Shown here: piece by piece, positions 41,748 through 50,999 of the stretch
Numbering within the stretch: position 1 is the stretch's first letter
Layout of the letters: every line of letters begins with the position of its first letter
NCBI GenBank assembly: GCA_963718615.1
Contig: OY970368.1
Location: 4,256,001 to 4,320,000 of the forward strand
Direction of reading: 5' to 3'
Length of the DNA stretch: 64,000 nt
DNA from: an uncultured cyanobacterium
GTDB taxonomy: Bacteria; Cyanobacteriota; Cyanobacteriia; PCC-9006; JAAUQQ01
Position numbers and translations under genes: made by a program
Notes under the pieces: model-generated
What the model was told of the DNA's origin: nothing
The model's input: the letters and a program-made list of their open reading frames with translations, nothing else
Database searches by the model: none

Positions 41748-42113
41748 GATTAAAAAAGCCAATGAGGAGGGAATGGCTGAACGTTGATTCCCGGTGGTGC
41801 AGGGATTACCTGGAATTGCTCCTTTAGCGAAGCCCTTAACCATTGACCCGCGATTCTCGTTGGCTCGTCCAGTCATTCTGCGATTTGGTGTAAAGGGGAA
41901 CGATACTCATCTTTTGCTTGCCTCAACAACTATCTTTGTCATACCGCCTCCGATACCATGCATTACGGTTCTACTCTGTCTCATCCCAGCGGTTCCGGGG
42001 AACATGCAATAATACGAAGATCCTAAGGATTTCACAACGCACCTTATCAACCCAGTGGCAGCTTTTATTGTGACCTAAATCACCGATCGAAGCACGGTTT
42101 CCCATTTCGTAGA

Positions 42114-44645
42114 ATGCTGGATTGTATGTATCTACCTCAAGCTCATCCTATCCCCCTAGGCCCTAGGCGTAAACTACACAGCATTTTGCTTTCAGCTCTA
42201 GGAATATCGACCCTGGTGCTGGTACTGCAACAAATGGGACTGTTTCAAAACTTGGAACAGGATTGGTTGGATCAAATGGCTCAGCTCCGCCCTGCCGAAA
42301 CCGTTGCACCGCCGATCACACTGATCACAATGACCGAAGCCGATATTGCCCAACAACAGCAGTGGCCCCTGAGCGATGCCACGCTGGCTCAATTGCTCCA
42401 ACAGATCCAACAGGCTCAACCCCGCACCATTGGCTTAAATCTCTATCGAGACATTGCCATAGAGCCCGGTTCTGAGCGTTTGCAGCAGGTCTTTCAATCA
42501 ATGCCTAACCTGATTGGGATTGAAAAACTCATTGGTAATAGTACGGGACCTGCGATCGCCCCACCCCCCCAACTCCACCAGCAACAGCAAATTGCCGCCA
42601 GCGATGTTGTCTTGGATGGCGATGGCAAAATCCGTCGCCACCTGCTCTCTTTGCGATCGCCCCAAGGCAAAACTCAACTGAGCCTGGGAGCAAGGCTAGC
42701 GGTAGACTATCTCGCCCAGCAAGGCATTGAGCAGATTCCCCTAGATCCCAAAGGCTGTACCATCCGACTGGGTCAAGCCCTGATCCAGGCCCTTAAGCCG
42801 ACCTCCGGAGGCTATGTGCGCACGGATGCTGGGGGCTATCAAATTCTGTCCAACTTTTTGCCCCAAGCCTCAATGTCTCGTCTTACGCTGAGCCAGGTGT
42901 TAGCCGGAGAAGGGACTGAGCTAATGCGCGATCGCATCGTTCTGATTGGTGCCACAGCCCCTAGTCTACAGAATCATTTTTATACCTCCAGCACCCGAAC
43001 CCCCGAGGAAGGCTGGAGCGGCCTTGAAATTCAAGCGGATTTAGCGGGGCAACTGGTGTTGGCGGCGCTGCAAGGACGGCCCCTGCTGCGAGGGTTGCCG
43101 GAGGGTTTGGAATGGGGCTGGATTTTGCTCTGGGCCGGGGTGGGGGCGATCGTGGGGGTCCAATTGCGATCGTCGAGTCGGGCGCTTTGGTTCGGGGTAC
43201 CGCTGAGTCTGCTGGGGCTTTTGGGGATTTCCTACGGGCTGTTGCTCAATGGTTGGTGGGCGATCGCGATCGCGCCAGGGTTAGCCTGCTTGGGTTCGGC
43301 CTTGATGGCTCGTCAGTTGATGCTGTGGCAACTCATTCGACAGTCGCAAGCCCAACTGGATGAATATAACCGCAGTTTTGTGACGCAATTGGCCCATGAG
43401 GTTGAGGCTCGAACTCGGCTATGGTCGCTAGAAAAACAGGATTTGGTTGAGGCCAAGGAGGCGGCTGAAACGGCTAATCAAACCAAAAGTAAATTGTTGG
43501 CGCTGATTGGTCACGAACTGCGCACGCCACTCAACTCGATTGTGGGGTATGGACAGCTCATGGCCGATGAACCGGCACTGCCGGAGCAATATCGCACCAC
43601 GGTCAACACTATTAATCACAGCAGCGAATATTTGCTCGGTCTGGTGAATGAACTATTGGACTTCTCTAAAATCGAAGCAGACCAATTGCCGCTAAATTTG
43701 AGGACAGTGCATCTTCCGAGTCTACTCAAACAATTAGAAATCCTCTTTCAGCTGCAAGCCAAACAGCGTCGCTTGCGGCTGCGTTGCTCCCTAGACAATA
43801 CGTTACCTGAATCGGTTTGGGTGGATGAAATTAAGTTGCGCCAGGTCTTGATTAATCTACTCAACAATGCTCTGAAATTTACCCAGGCCGGCCATGTGAT
43901 TTTGCGTGCCTGGGGCAATGGCAGCATGTACTTTGAAGTAGAAGATACAGGTCCCGGCATTCCCCCCGCCGAACTCAGCCAAATCTTTGAACCCTTCCAG
44001 CAGGGCCAAGCCGCTAGCCCAGCCCATAGCCGGACCGGAAACCCCCAGGGGATGGGCCTAGGACTCTGGATTACTAATTCGCTGGTCAAGTTAATGGGGG
44101 GAGAGCTGACGGTGAATAGCCAGGTAGGCCGGGGAACTAATTTTCGGGTGGTGTTGCCGCTCTATCCAGCCCCCCAGACGCCTCACCCAGAGGCCGTTCA
44201 GGACCGGGCGATCGCCTCCTCCCCCGCTGATTTTCCCCTCTATCGAGTGTTGGTTGTGGATGACGTCACCTTAAACCGCCGCCTCCTGGTGAAATTGCTC
44301 GAAGAGGTTGGGGTCGAAGTGCGGGAAGCTTGTTCTGGGGAAGAGGCGATCGCCCTGTGGCAAACCTGGCACCCTCAGTTGATTTTGATGGATATGCGCA
44401 TGCCCGGTATGGATGGCTATGAAGCGGTGCGGCAGATTCGTCTTCAAGAACCATCGGAAGCTCCGCCCGTGCCGATTTTGGCGATCACGGCCAATGTTCT
44501 GCAATCGGAGCATGAGGCGGCGCTGATGGCGGGCTGCCAAGACATGATTACGAAACCCTTCCGGCGGCAGGACGTGTTGATCAAAATTGCCAATTATTTG
44601 GACAGCCAATTGGGTGGGGTGGAAACGGACTTTCATCAGAACTAG
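42114..44645 (+). CDS. CHASE2-domain hybrid sensor histidine kinase
   Basis: CHASE2 (WPLSD, YRDI, D.DGKIRR), 3 TM segments, HELRTPL, NALKFT, DTGPG, GLGL, REC domain DMRMP. Confidence 0.92.
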   Translation: MLDCMYLPQAHPIPLGPRRKLHSILLSALGISTLVLVLQQMGLFQNLEQDWLDQMAQLRPAETVAPPITLITMTEADIAQQQQWPLSDATLAQLLQQIQQAQPRTIGLNLYRDIAIEPGSERLQQVFQSMPNLIGIEKLIGNSTGPAIAPPPQLHQQQQIAASDVVLDGDGKIRRHLLSLRSPQGKTQLSLGARLAVDYLAQQGIEQIPLDPKGCTIRLGQALIQALKPTSGGYVRTDAGGYQILSNFLPQASMSRLTLSQVLAGEGTELMRDRIVLIGATAPSLQNHFYTSSTRTPEEGWSGLEIQADLAGQLVLAALQGRPLLRGLPEGLEWGWILLWAGVGAIVGVQLRSSSRALWFGVPLSLLGLLGISYGLLLNGWWAIAIAPGLACLGSALMARQLMLWQLIRQSQAQLDEYNRSFVTQLAHEVEARTRLWSLEKQDLVEAKEAAETANQTKSKLLALIGHELRTPLNSIVGYGQLMADEPALPEQYRTTVNTINHSSEYLLGLVNELLDFSKIEADQLPLNLRTVHLPSLLKQLEILFQLQAKQRRLRLRCSLDNTLPESVWVDEIKLRQVLINLLNNALKFTQAGHVILRAWGNGSMYFEVEDTGPGIPPAELSQIFEPFQQGQAASPAHSRTGNPQGMGLGLWITNSLVKLMGGELTVNSQVGRGTNFRVVLPLYPAPQTPHPEAVQDRAIASSPADFPLYRVLVVDDVTLNRRLLVKLLEEVGVEVREACSGEEAIALWQTWHPQLILMDMRMPGMDGYEAVRQIRLQEPSEAPPVPILAITANVLQSEHEAALMAGCQDMITKPFRRQDVLIKIANYLDSQLGGVETDFHQN

Positions 44646-44677
44646 GCGAGTTGCGCCGGATTTACCCACCGAAGCTG

Positions 44678-44830
44678 TTGACACTCCCCAGCCCTAAAGG
44701 GACGGGGATTCTTCTTTCATTGACGTGACTTTACCCCAATTGCCCAGAAGCAACTGACAAAGCGGTCTCATCTCCAGAAGCGTTCGGACCTACGATTCAA
44801 GTTCCCGTATCCCCTACGGTACTTAATCCC
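44678..44830 (-). ncRNA. TnpB omega-RNA scaffold region
   Basis: Overlaps tnpB 3' end and RE; AACGCTTCTGGAGA...GAAGAATCCCC...TCAA, similar to 4232-4359. Confidence 0.65.
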
Positions 44831-45105
44831 ACAGACAGGATGTTGAGTGCTGCATTATGGTCTCTCTCTAGCTCATAGCCACATTGACAAACATGGGTTC
44901 GAGTAGAGAGAGACTTTTTCACCATCGTCCCACAGCTTGAACAAACCTGAGAGGTGTATTGAGGCGGAACGGCAACCGTTGCCCGACCAAACACTACACC
45001 ACACCGTTCTAGCCAGACCCGGAACTGGTACCAACCGGCCTCAGAGATAGACTTCGCTAAGCAATGGTTCTTGACCATATCCTTGATTCTCAAGTCTTCG
45101 GCGAT
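44797..45105 (-). pseudogene. tnpB: tnpB C-terminal fragment (RuvC-II/III and Zn finger)
   Basis: IAEDLRIKDMVKNHCLAKSISEAGW, YTSQVCSSCG, RTHVCQCG, RDHNAALNIL. Confidence 0.9.
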
Positions 45106-45355
45106 CGAGTCGTTATACGGCTGTAGAGAGCCAGTCGGGCACTACCCAGCAATGCTCCGATGTTGTGGTACAAGCCGTCTCTCCTGACAATCTCGGTTGT
45201 TTGCAGTCATTGCCCGAAAACAAGGCAACAAGTGGTGGAGCCTCGTTCCTGCATCTCTATAGGGCTCACTTCAATTTGTTACATTTTTTAACTGGGAGAG
45301 CCTTTCTAGGGCATCATTTAGACAAAGGTTTCGATTCAGGTGAACATCCTGTACC

Positions 45356-46342
45356 ATGTCCACTGCTCGTCAAGTCCTCGCTCTTTTGAAGAGCCATATA
45401 GAAGGCGAAGAACAGCAGTTTTTTACTGTTGCGATGCAGGTTGCTGCTCATGAGGCACGTCAAGGACATGGAAAAGTTGCTCAGGAAATTCGGAGTTTAG
45501 TCGATCAAGCGAAAGACCAAAGATCTCAGTTTGTCAATAAGAAAGGTGGACCAATCCCCTTAATCCAGCCGAAGGGAGATTTACTTAACCTGCTGTCTGC
45601 CCGATATTCGGATTTGCGTCTGGCAGACATGGTGCTTTCTGAGAAATTGTATGAAAGGTTGATGAGGGTTGTAACTGAACAAGCAAACTCAAACCTTCTG
45701 AAAGAGCATAATCTGAAACCTCGTCGTAAGCTGCTCTTAGTGGGAGCACCGGGAACAGGTAAATCGATGACAGCCGCAGCGATCGCTGGAGAGTTAAAGA
45801 TCCCTCTCTTTACAGTGCTGTATGAGGGACTGTTCACAAAGTTCATGGGTGAAACAGCTACTCAACTAAAGTTGATTTTTGACGCAATGTCGTCTACTCG
45901 TGGGGTTTATTTCTTTGATGAGTTTGATGCACTTGGATCGCAGCGTTCTAGCAATAACGATGTTGGTGAGATTCGACGTGTTTTAAATTCTTGTTTACAA
46001 TTTTTGGAGAATGATGATAGCGATAGTTTGATTATTGCTGCAACCAATCATCCTGACCTCTTAGACAAGGCTCTCTACAGACGCTTTGATGACGTGATTC
46101 AATACGAGCTGCCTAGCTCAGAAGTTATAAAAAAATTGATTCAATCGCGTCTTGTGGCCTTTCGATTGGACTGGAAAATTTGGGATGGCATTCTGGAAGC
46201 CGCAGCAGGTTTAAGTCAGGCTGAAATTATTCGAGCGATTACGGAAGTCGCAAAGAATACTGTTCTAGAGAGTAGGAAAACGATTTTGGAAGATGAGCTA
46301 ATTACATCAGTTGTAGAGCGTAAATTGATGACTCACTGGTAA
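45356..46342 (+). CDS. AAA+ ATPase, IetA-like (partner of the S8 protease)
   Basis: MQVAAHEARQGHGKVA N-terminus, GAPGTGKS, YFFDEFDA, NDVGEIRRVLNS, RRFDD. Confidence 0.88.
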   Translation: MSTARQVLALLKSHIEGEEQQFFTVAMQVAAHEARQGHGKVAQEIRSLVDQAKDQRSQFVNKKGGPIPLIQPKGDLLNLLSARYSDLRLADMVLSEKLYERLMRVVTEQANSNLLKEHNLKPRRKLLLVGAPGTGKSMTAAAIAGELKIPLFTVLYEGLFTKFMGETATQLKLIFDAMSSTRGVYFFDEFDALGSQRSSNNDVGEIRRVLNSCLQFLENDDSDSLIIAATNHPDLLDKALYRRFDDVIQYELPSSEVIKKLIQSRLVAFRLDWKIWDGILEAAAGLSQAEIIRAITEVAKNTVLESRKTILEDELITSVVERKLMTHW

Positions 46343-46389
46343 ATGAGCTTATTGCTTAGAGTTGAAAAACCCATCTTTTCCTTTAATGT

Positions 46390-49005
46390 ATGTCCGAATC
46401 GCTGCGTAACTTACCCCATCTGAGTCTTCCTCATCATCCCTCTATTACAAGTCGGCAAGATTATACATATCCCAAGAAGGTAGTTGATAAACGTCCTAAC
46501 CCTGTACGAAATCGGGGAAGTCATTCTAGTAAACTTCGTTCTGATTTGGGTAATGTTTTGGCGGCTTTGGAACAGGAAAGGCAGTCATCTGAGTCCGAAG
46601 TAGATGCAGTGGGTGAACCTGGATTTTATTTAGATGTGGAGTTTAGCGCTTCTGAAAAGGACAAGATACTTCAAAGCTTAGAAAATCTTGGCTCTAAGAT
46701 TGAATTAATGTCAGTCACTGCTTCTCTGAAATTGGACATAAATTGTTATATAGTCCTAAAAATTGCGCTGTTTCTCATAGCTGATGAGGAATCTATAAGC
46801 CAAGAAAAACTATCACTCTTGACTTTGCTTCTGATTAGTCTGAAACGGCCCTACCTGGAAGCGACGCTGTTTGTTCCTGACACTAAGAAAAACTATTTTA
46901 AGGAAAAAATCACTACCTATGAACATGAGGAAACAAAAAAGGGTAAACCGAAGCATGAAGCTCTAGTTAGCCGCATAGAAGCCTTTTCCTTAGGCTTTAT
47001 TACTTCACTGTTTACCGATGAGAAGTCACTGTTTCCACAGGAGCAAAGTGTGGCGGTTTGGTGGGAGATATGGTTGAGAGGCGATCGAAAGGAGAATTTT
47101 GATACGATCTCTGAACGGCTGAATATTCGGGTTCAACCCCATTCCGTTAAATTTGTTGAACGTGAAGTGGTTTTAGCGCTGGCTAATGTTGTTCAGCTTG
47201 GACAAATTATCCGTAAGTGTGATGCGATCGCAGAACTCAGAATTGCGAAGGATCTACCATCGTTCTTTTTTGAGAATAATGAGCTTGAGCAACAGGCATG
47301 GATGAATGATTTATTGAATAGATGCGTATTTGAGCAATCTCCGAATGTCTCTGTATGTTTGTTGGATGGTGGTGTGATGAGAGTTCATCCATTGCTAGAA
47401 CATAGCCTTAACGTGGATGATATGCATAGCTATGAGCCAGCATGGGAGACTCACGATACTAGTGAAGGACATGGCACGAATATGTCTGGACTATTGATCT
47501 ATGGGGAACTATGTGAAGCTCTGGTTGGGTATCAAAAAATCGAGATTTCGCATTGCCTAGAATCAGTAAAAATACTTCCTCCTCAAGGAGAAAATGATCC
47601 TGCGCTGTATGGGTGGATCATGCAGGAAGGGATTAGCCGCGCTGAGATACAAGCTCCATGCCGAACACGGGTGATTTGTATGCCAGTAACCAGTGAGGGT
47701 TCAAATCGAGGGACGCCTTCCTCTTGGTCTGCGGCAATCGATAATATGTGCTTTGGTCGAGATAAAATCTCTGATGAATTGGTGCAAAGGTTAATAATTT
47801 TGCCAGTTGGTAATATTCGTGATGAGATCAATCGTGGGGATTATATTGCCAATAACGATAGTGCATCTGCTGAGAATCCGGCACAGTCTTGGAATGCGTT
47901 GGTCGTTGGGGCTTTTACCGAGAAGGTAAATATAGTTGATTCTAAATATCTCCATTGGCAGCCGATCGCGCCTGCTGGTGATTTATCACCTCGAAGTAGA
48001 ACGTCTTGTATCTGGGGCCGACAATGGCCTAATCGCCCGGATATCGTATTTGAAGGGGGAAATCTTGCGACGGATGGAGTTTGTGCGGGTGGGGTTTTGG
48101 ATGATTTGAGTTTGTTGACGGTTCATCACAAAGTTGGTCAGCGACTCTTTACGCTATTTAGTGATACCAGTGCAGCGACTGCTTTAGCGGGATATTTTGC
48201 AGCACAGATTCTGGTTCAAAATCCTGATTTTTGGCCGGAGACGGTGCGAGCTTTGATTGTTCACTCAGCGACTTGGACAGCGGCGATGCGAAAGTATTTT
48301 CTTGCTACACCACCACAGCAAAAGGACAAAAATATTCTGCTCAGGCGTTATGGATATGGTGTACCGAGTTTAGAAAAGGCACTTCGGAGTGCGAAGAATG
48401 ATTTGACAATGATTGTTGAAGATGGATTTCAGCCCTTTCAGAAGAAGGAAAATCAGTCCAAGGTGACAACTAAGGATATGAATCTTCATACCCTTCCCTG
48501 GCCGAAAAAGGAACTGGAATCTCTGGCTGAGAGGGATGTTGAGATGAGGGTGACACTTTCGTACTTTATCGAGTCGAATCCAGGAGAACGAGGTTGGGTT
48601 CGCCGCTATTCCTATCCTTCCTATGGGCTAAGATTTGCCACTAAAGATGCAACTGAGACACTTACAGATTTCAAGAAACGGATTACTAAGAATGCCCATG
48701 AGGAAGGGGATACAGTTTCTTTTAAAGAGGATAAAGGTTGGTTTTTAGGTACCGAATTGCGTAATAGAGGTTCCTTACATTCGGATATTTGGACGGGAAC
48801 TGCTGCTGATTTAGCTGCCAAGGATGCGATCGGTGTTTATCCAGTGGGAGGATGGTGGAAAGAGCGCCTTATACATAATCGATGGGACGAGCAGATTAGG
48901 TATGCGCTTATTGTTTCGATTCGGGTAACAGGGGAAGGGGCTGATATTTATACACCTGTTGAAACTTTGGTGAGGCAAACGCTGGCGATCGAGATTGAAA
49001 CTTAA
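46390..49005 (+). CDS. S8 family serine protease, IetS-like
   Basis: WWEIWL, VCLLDGGV (D), GHGTNMSG (H), PAQSWNAL, DTSAATA (S), WPETVRALIVHSA, YGYGVP, VTLSYFIE, YPVGGWWK; no signal peptide. Confidence 0.88.
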   Translation: MSESLRNLPHLSLPHHPSITSRQDYTYPKKVVDKRPNPVRNRGSHSSKLRSDLGNVLAALEQERQSSESEVDAVGEPGFYLDVEFSASEKDKILQSLENLGSKIELMSVTASLKLDINCYIVLKIALFLIADEESISQEKLSLLTLLLISLKRPYLEATLFVPDTKKNYFKEKITTYEHEETKKGKPKHEALVSRIEAFSLGFITSLFTDEKSLFPQEQSVAVWWEIWLRGDRKENFDTISERLNIRVQPHSVKFVEREVVLALANVVQLGQIIRKCDAIAELRIAKDLPSFFFENNELEQQAWMNDLLNRCVFEQSPNVSVCLLDGGVMRVHPLLEHSLNVDDMHSYEPAWETHDTSEGHGTNMSGLLIYGELCEALVGYQKIEISHCLESVKILPPQGENDPALYGWIMQEGISRAEIQAPCRTRVICMPVTSEGSNRGTPSSWSAAIDNMCFGRDKISDELVQRLIILPVGNIRDEINRGDYIANNDSASAENPAQSWNALVVGAFTEKVNIVDSKYLHWQPIAPAGDLSPRSRTSCIWGRQWPNRPDIVFEGGNLATDGVCAGGVLDDLSLLTVHHKVGQRLFTLFSDTSAATALAGYFAAQILVQNPDFWPETVRALIVHSATWTAAMRKYFLATPPQQKDKNILLRRYGYGVPSLEKALRSAKNDLTMIVEDGFQPFQKKENQSKVTTKDMNLHTLPWPKKELESLAERDVEMRVTLSYFIESNPGERGWVRRYSYPSYGLRFATKDATETLTDFKKRITKNAHEEGDTVSFKEDKGWFLGTELRNRGSLHSDIWTGTAADLAAKDAIGVYPVGGWWKERLIHNRWDEQIRYALIVSIRVTGEGADIYTPVETLVRQTLAIEIET

Positions 49006-49028
49006 GTGCCAGAGAGTAGATAGGCGAT

Positions 49029-49093
49029 ATGGCTTCGTCAATCGCAGACAATTGCTGAATATTGGTTCTGGCTTTGAATTCTAGGACAAGCAT
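49029..49093 (-). pseudogene. tnpB: tnpB N-terminal fragment (~22 codons)
   Basis: MLVLEFKARTNIQQLSAIDEAI resembles cyanobacterial TnpB N-termini; lies just inside the LE. Confidence 0.75.
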
Positions 49094-49262
49094 CTATTTG
49101 TTCTAGCACGTTTATCATCAAACATATTGAGGAGAGCTATGTATGGACATTGCTCCCTTTTCGTTGCACGGATTATATCCCCATTCTTGAAAGCAGGGGT
49201 CTTACGCCGATTTCTGATAAAATCGCAGGACAATTCCTCGGGTATGGGTGGAGGGTGAAAGC

Positions 49263-50903
49263 ATGTATTGGCGAAGATTTTCAACAGGGTCGCGGGGCTG
49301 GATGGGCCGCTTTGCAGGGGTCGTCATTTTGTGCGCCATGCTGGTGGTGGGGTGTCAAAGTCCCAATCCTCAGTCGGGTGCGCCTGGGGCGGGGGGAAAT
49401 TCCAGCGGAAATCCCAATCGAATTACCCTGGGAACCACTGCCAAGGTGCGGACGCTAGATCCAGCCGATTCCTACGAGATTTTGTCAGGGAATTTGCTCT
49501 ACAACTTGGGCGATCGCCTCTACACAACCGAACCCAACCAAACCACTCTAGTGCCTCAGTTGGCCACAGCGCTGCCCCAGATTAGCGAGGATGGCTTGAC
49601 CTACACCATTCCCCTGCGCGAGGGCGTGGTGTTTCATGACGGCACCCCGTTTAATGCCGAGGCCATGGCCTTTTCACTCAACCGCTTCATCCAAAATGGG
49701 GGGGACCCGGCGTCGTTGCTGGGGAATTTAGTGAACTCTGTTAATGCCACTAGCCCTACCGAATTGACCATTCAACTCAAGGCTCCCTTTGCGGCATTTC
49801 CTTCAATCTTGGCGTTTCCCGGTCTTTGCGCAGTGTCGCCCCAGTCCTACGAAATAGGTGCAGGCAAGTTCAAACCCCAGGAATTTGTCGGGACTGGACC
49901 GTACAAATTGGCGCAGTACGGTAACGACTCGATTAGGCTGGATACGAATCCGGATTATTGGGGTGAAAAACCGGCCAATGAAGGGGTTGATATTCAGATT
50001 TTTGCCAGTTCTTCCAATCTGTTCAATGCGGCTAAAACCGGTGCGGTGGATGCGGCCTACCAAAGTCTTGACCCCAATCAGGTCAAAAGTCTTCAGGAAA
50101 ACGCAGCACTGCAAACCGTTGAAAGCGAGGGCTTAGGAATTCACTATTTGAGTGTGAATGTGCGGAGTGCACCGCTGGATAAACCGGAAGTTCGGCAGGC
50201 GCTGGCGCTGTTGATTGACCGAAAATTGCTGAGCGATCGCGTGTTCCAAGGTCAGGTAGAACCGCTCTATAGTTTAGTTCCAGCCAGCGTCGAGGGTTCC
50301 AAGCCCGTGTTTGAAGCAGGGGATGGCGATGCCGATGCCGCGAAAGCCTTGCTGGAAAAAGCGGGATTTTCTGAGGCGAATCCCCTGCAACTTGACTTCT
50401 GGTATCGGTCTAATTTATCGAGTAATGTGCAAGCTGCGAATACGATTAAGGCGATCGCCGATCAAAAGCTACCGGGTTTAGTTCAGCTCAAACTTCAAGG
50501 GGTTGAATCCGCAACGGCCTATGAAAACCTAGACAAAGGAGCCTACCCTATTTTTATGCTGGACTGGACGCCAGACTACCTGGATGCCGATAGCTATTTG
50601 CAGCCCTTTATGGCCTGTGAAGAAGGCTCTGCGGCAGCAGGCTGTCAATCGGGTGAAAGTGCCTATCAAGGGTCGTTCTATTACAACGATCGGGTGAATC
50701 AACTGATTGCTCAAGAGCGCACGCTCACCGATGCCGCAGCGCGGGATAAAATCCTAATAGAACTACAGGATATCCTGGCCAAGGATGTGCCGTTTATTCC
50801 CCTGTGGAATAGCAAGGACTATCTGTTTGTCCAAAAGAATGTGCAAGGTGCAGCAATTTTACCAACTTCTCAAATTCCCTTTAAGGCCCTAAAAAAAGGG
50901 TAG
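49263..50903 (+). CDS. ABC transporter substrate-binding lipoprotein (peptide/nickel, family 5)
   Basis: Lipobox LVVGC, TLDPAD, LREGVVFHDGTPFNAEA, GTGPY. Confidence 0.92.
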   Translation: MYWRRFSTGSRGWMGRFAGVVILCAMLVVGCQSPNPQSGAPGAGGNSSGNPNRITLGTTAKVRTLDPADSYEILSGNLLYNLGDRLYTTEPNQTTLVPQLATALPQISEDGLTYTIPLREGVVFHDGTPFNAEAMAFSLNRFIQNGGDPASLLGNLVNSVNATSPTELTIQLKAPFAAFPSILAFPGLCAVSPQSYEIGAGKFKPQEFVGTGPYKLAQYGNDSIRLDTNPDYWGEKPANEGVDIQIFASSSNLFNAAKTGAVDAAYQSLDPNQVKSLQENAALQTVESEGLGIHYLSVNVRSAPLDKPEVRQALALLIDRKLLSDRVFQGQVEPLYSLVPASVEGSKPVFEAGDGDADAAKALLEKAGFSEANPLQLDFWYRSNLSSNVQAANTIKAIADQKLPGLVQLKLQGVESATAYENLDKGAYPIFMLDWTPDYLDADSYLQPFMACEEGSAAAGCQSGESAYQGSFYYNDRVNQLIAQERTLTDAAARDKILIELQDILAKDVPFIPLWNSKDYLFVQKNVQGAAILPTSQIPFKALKKG

Positions 50904-50999
50904 ATTGAATCTTCTGTCAACCAAAACCCACCCTCTAAAAGCCACCAACCAAAACTCTCTCCCACAGACGTTTTTATCAATCCGTTTCTACCCAAATCT

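Larger units (their letters stand above)
44678..49216 (-). mobile_element. IS200/IS605-family element with split tnpB carrying an AAA-ATPase/S8 protease cargo
   Basis: Minus strand: TTAT then LE hairpin CCCCTG..AATGGGG (49175-49200); tnpB 5' piece; cargo; tnpB 3' piece; RE GAAT-CCCC..GGGG-AGTG-TCAA ending 44678. Confidence 0.82.

Noticed and set aside
44797-45093. Functional TnpB or Cas12f nuclease
   Set aside because: Only the C-terminal ~100 aa remain; RuvC-I and the REC/WED regions are missing.
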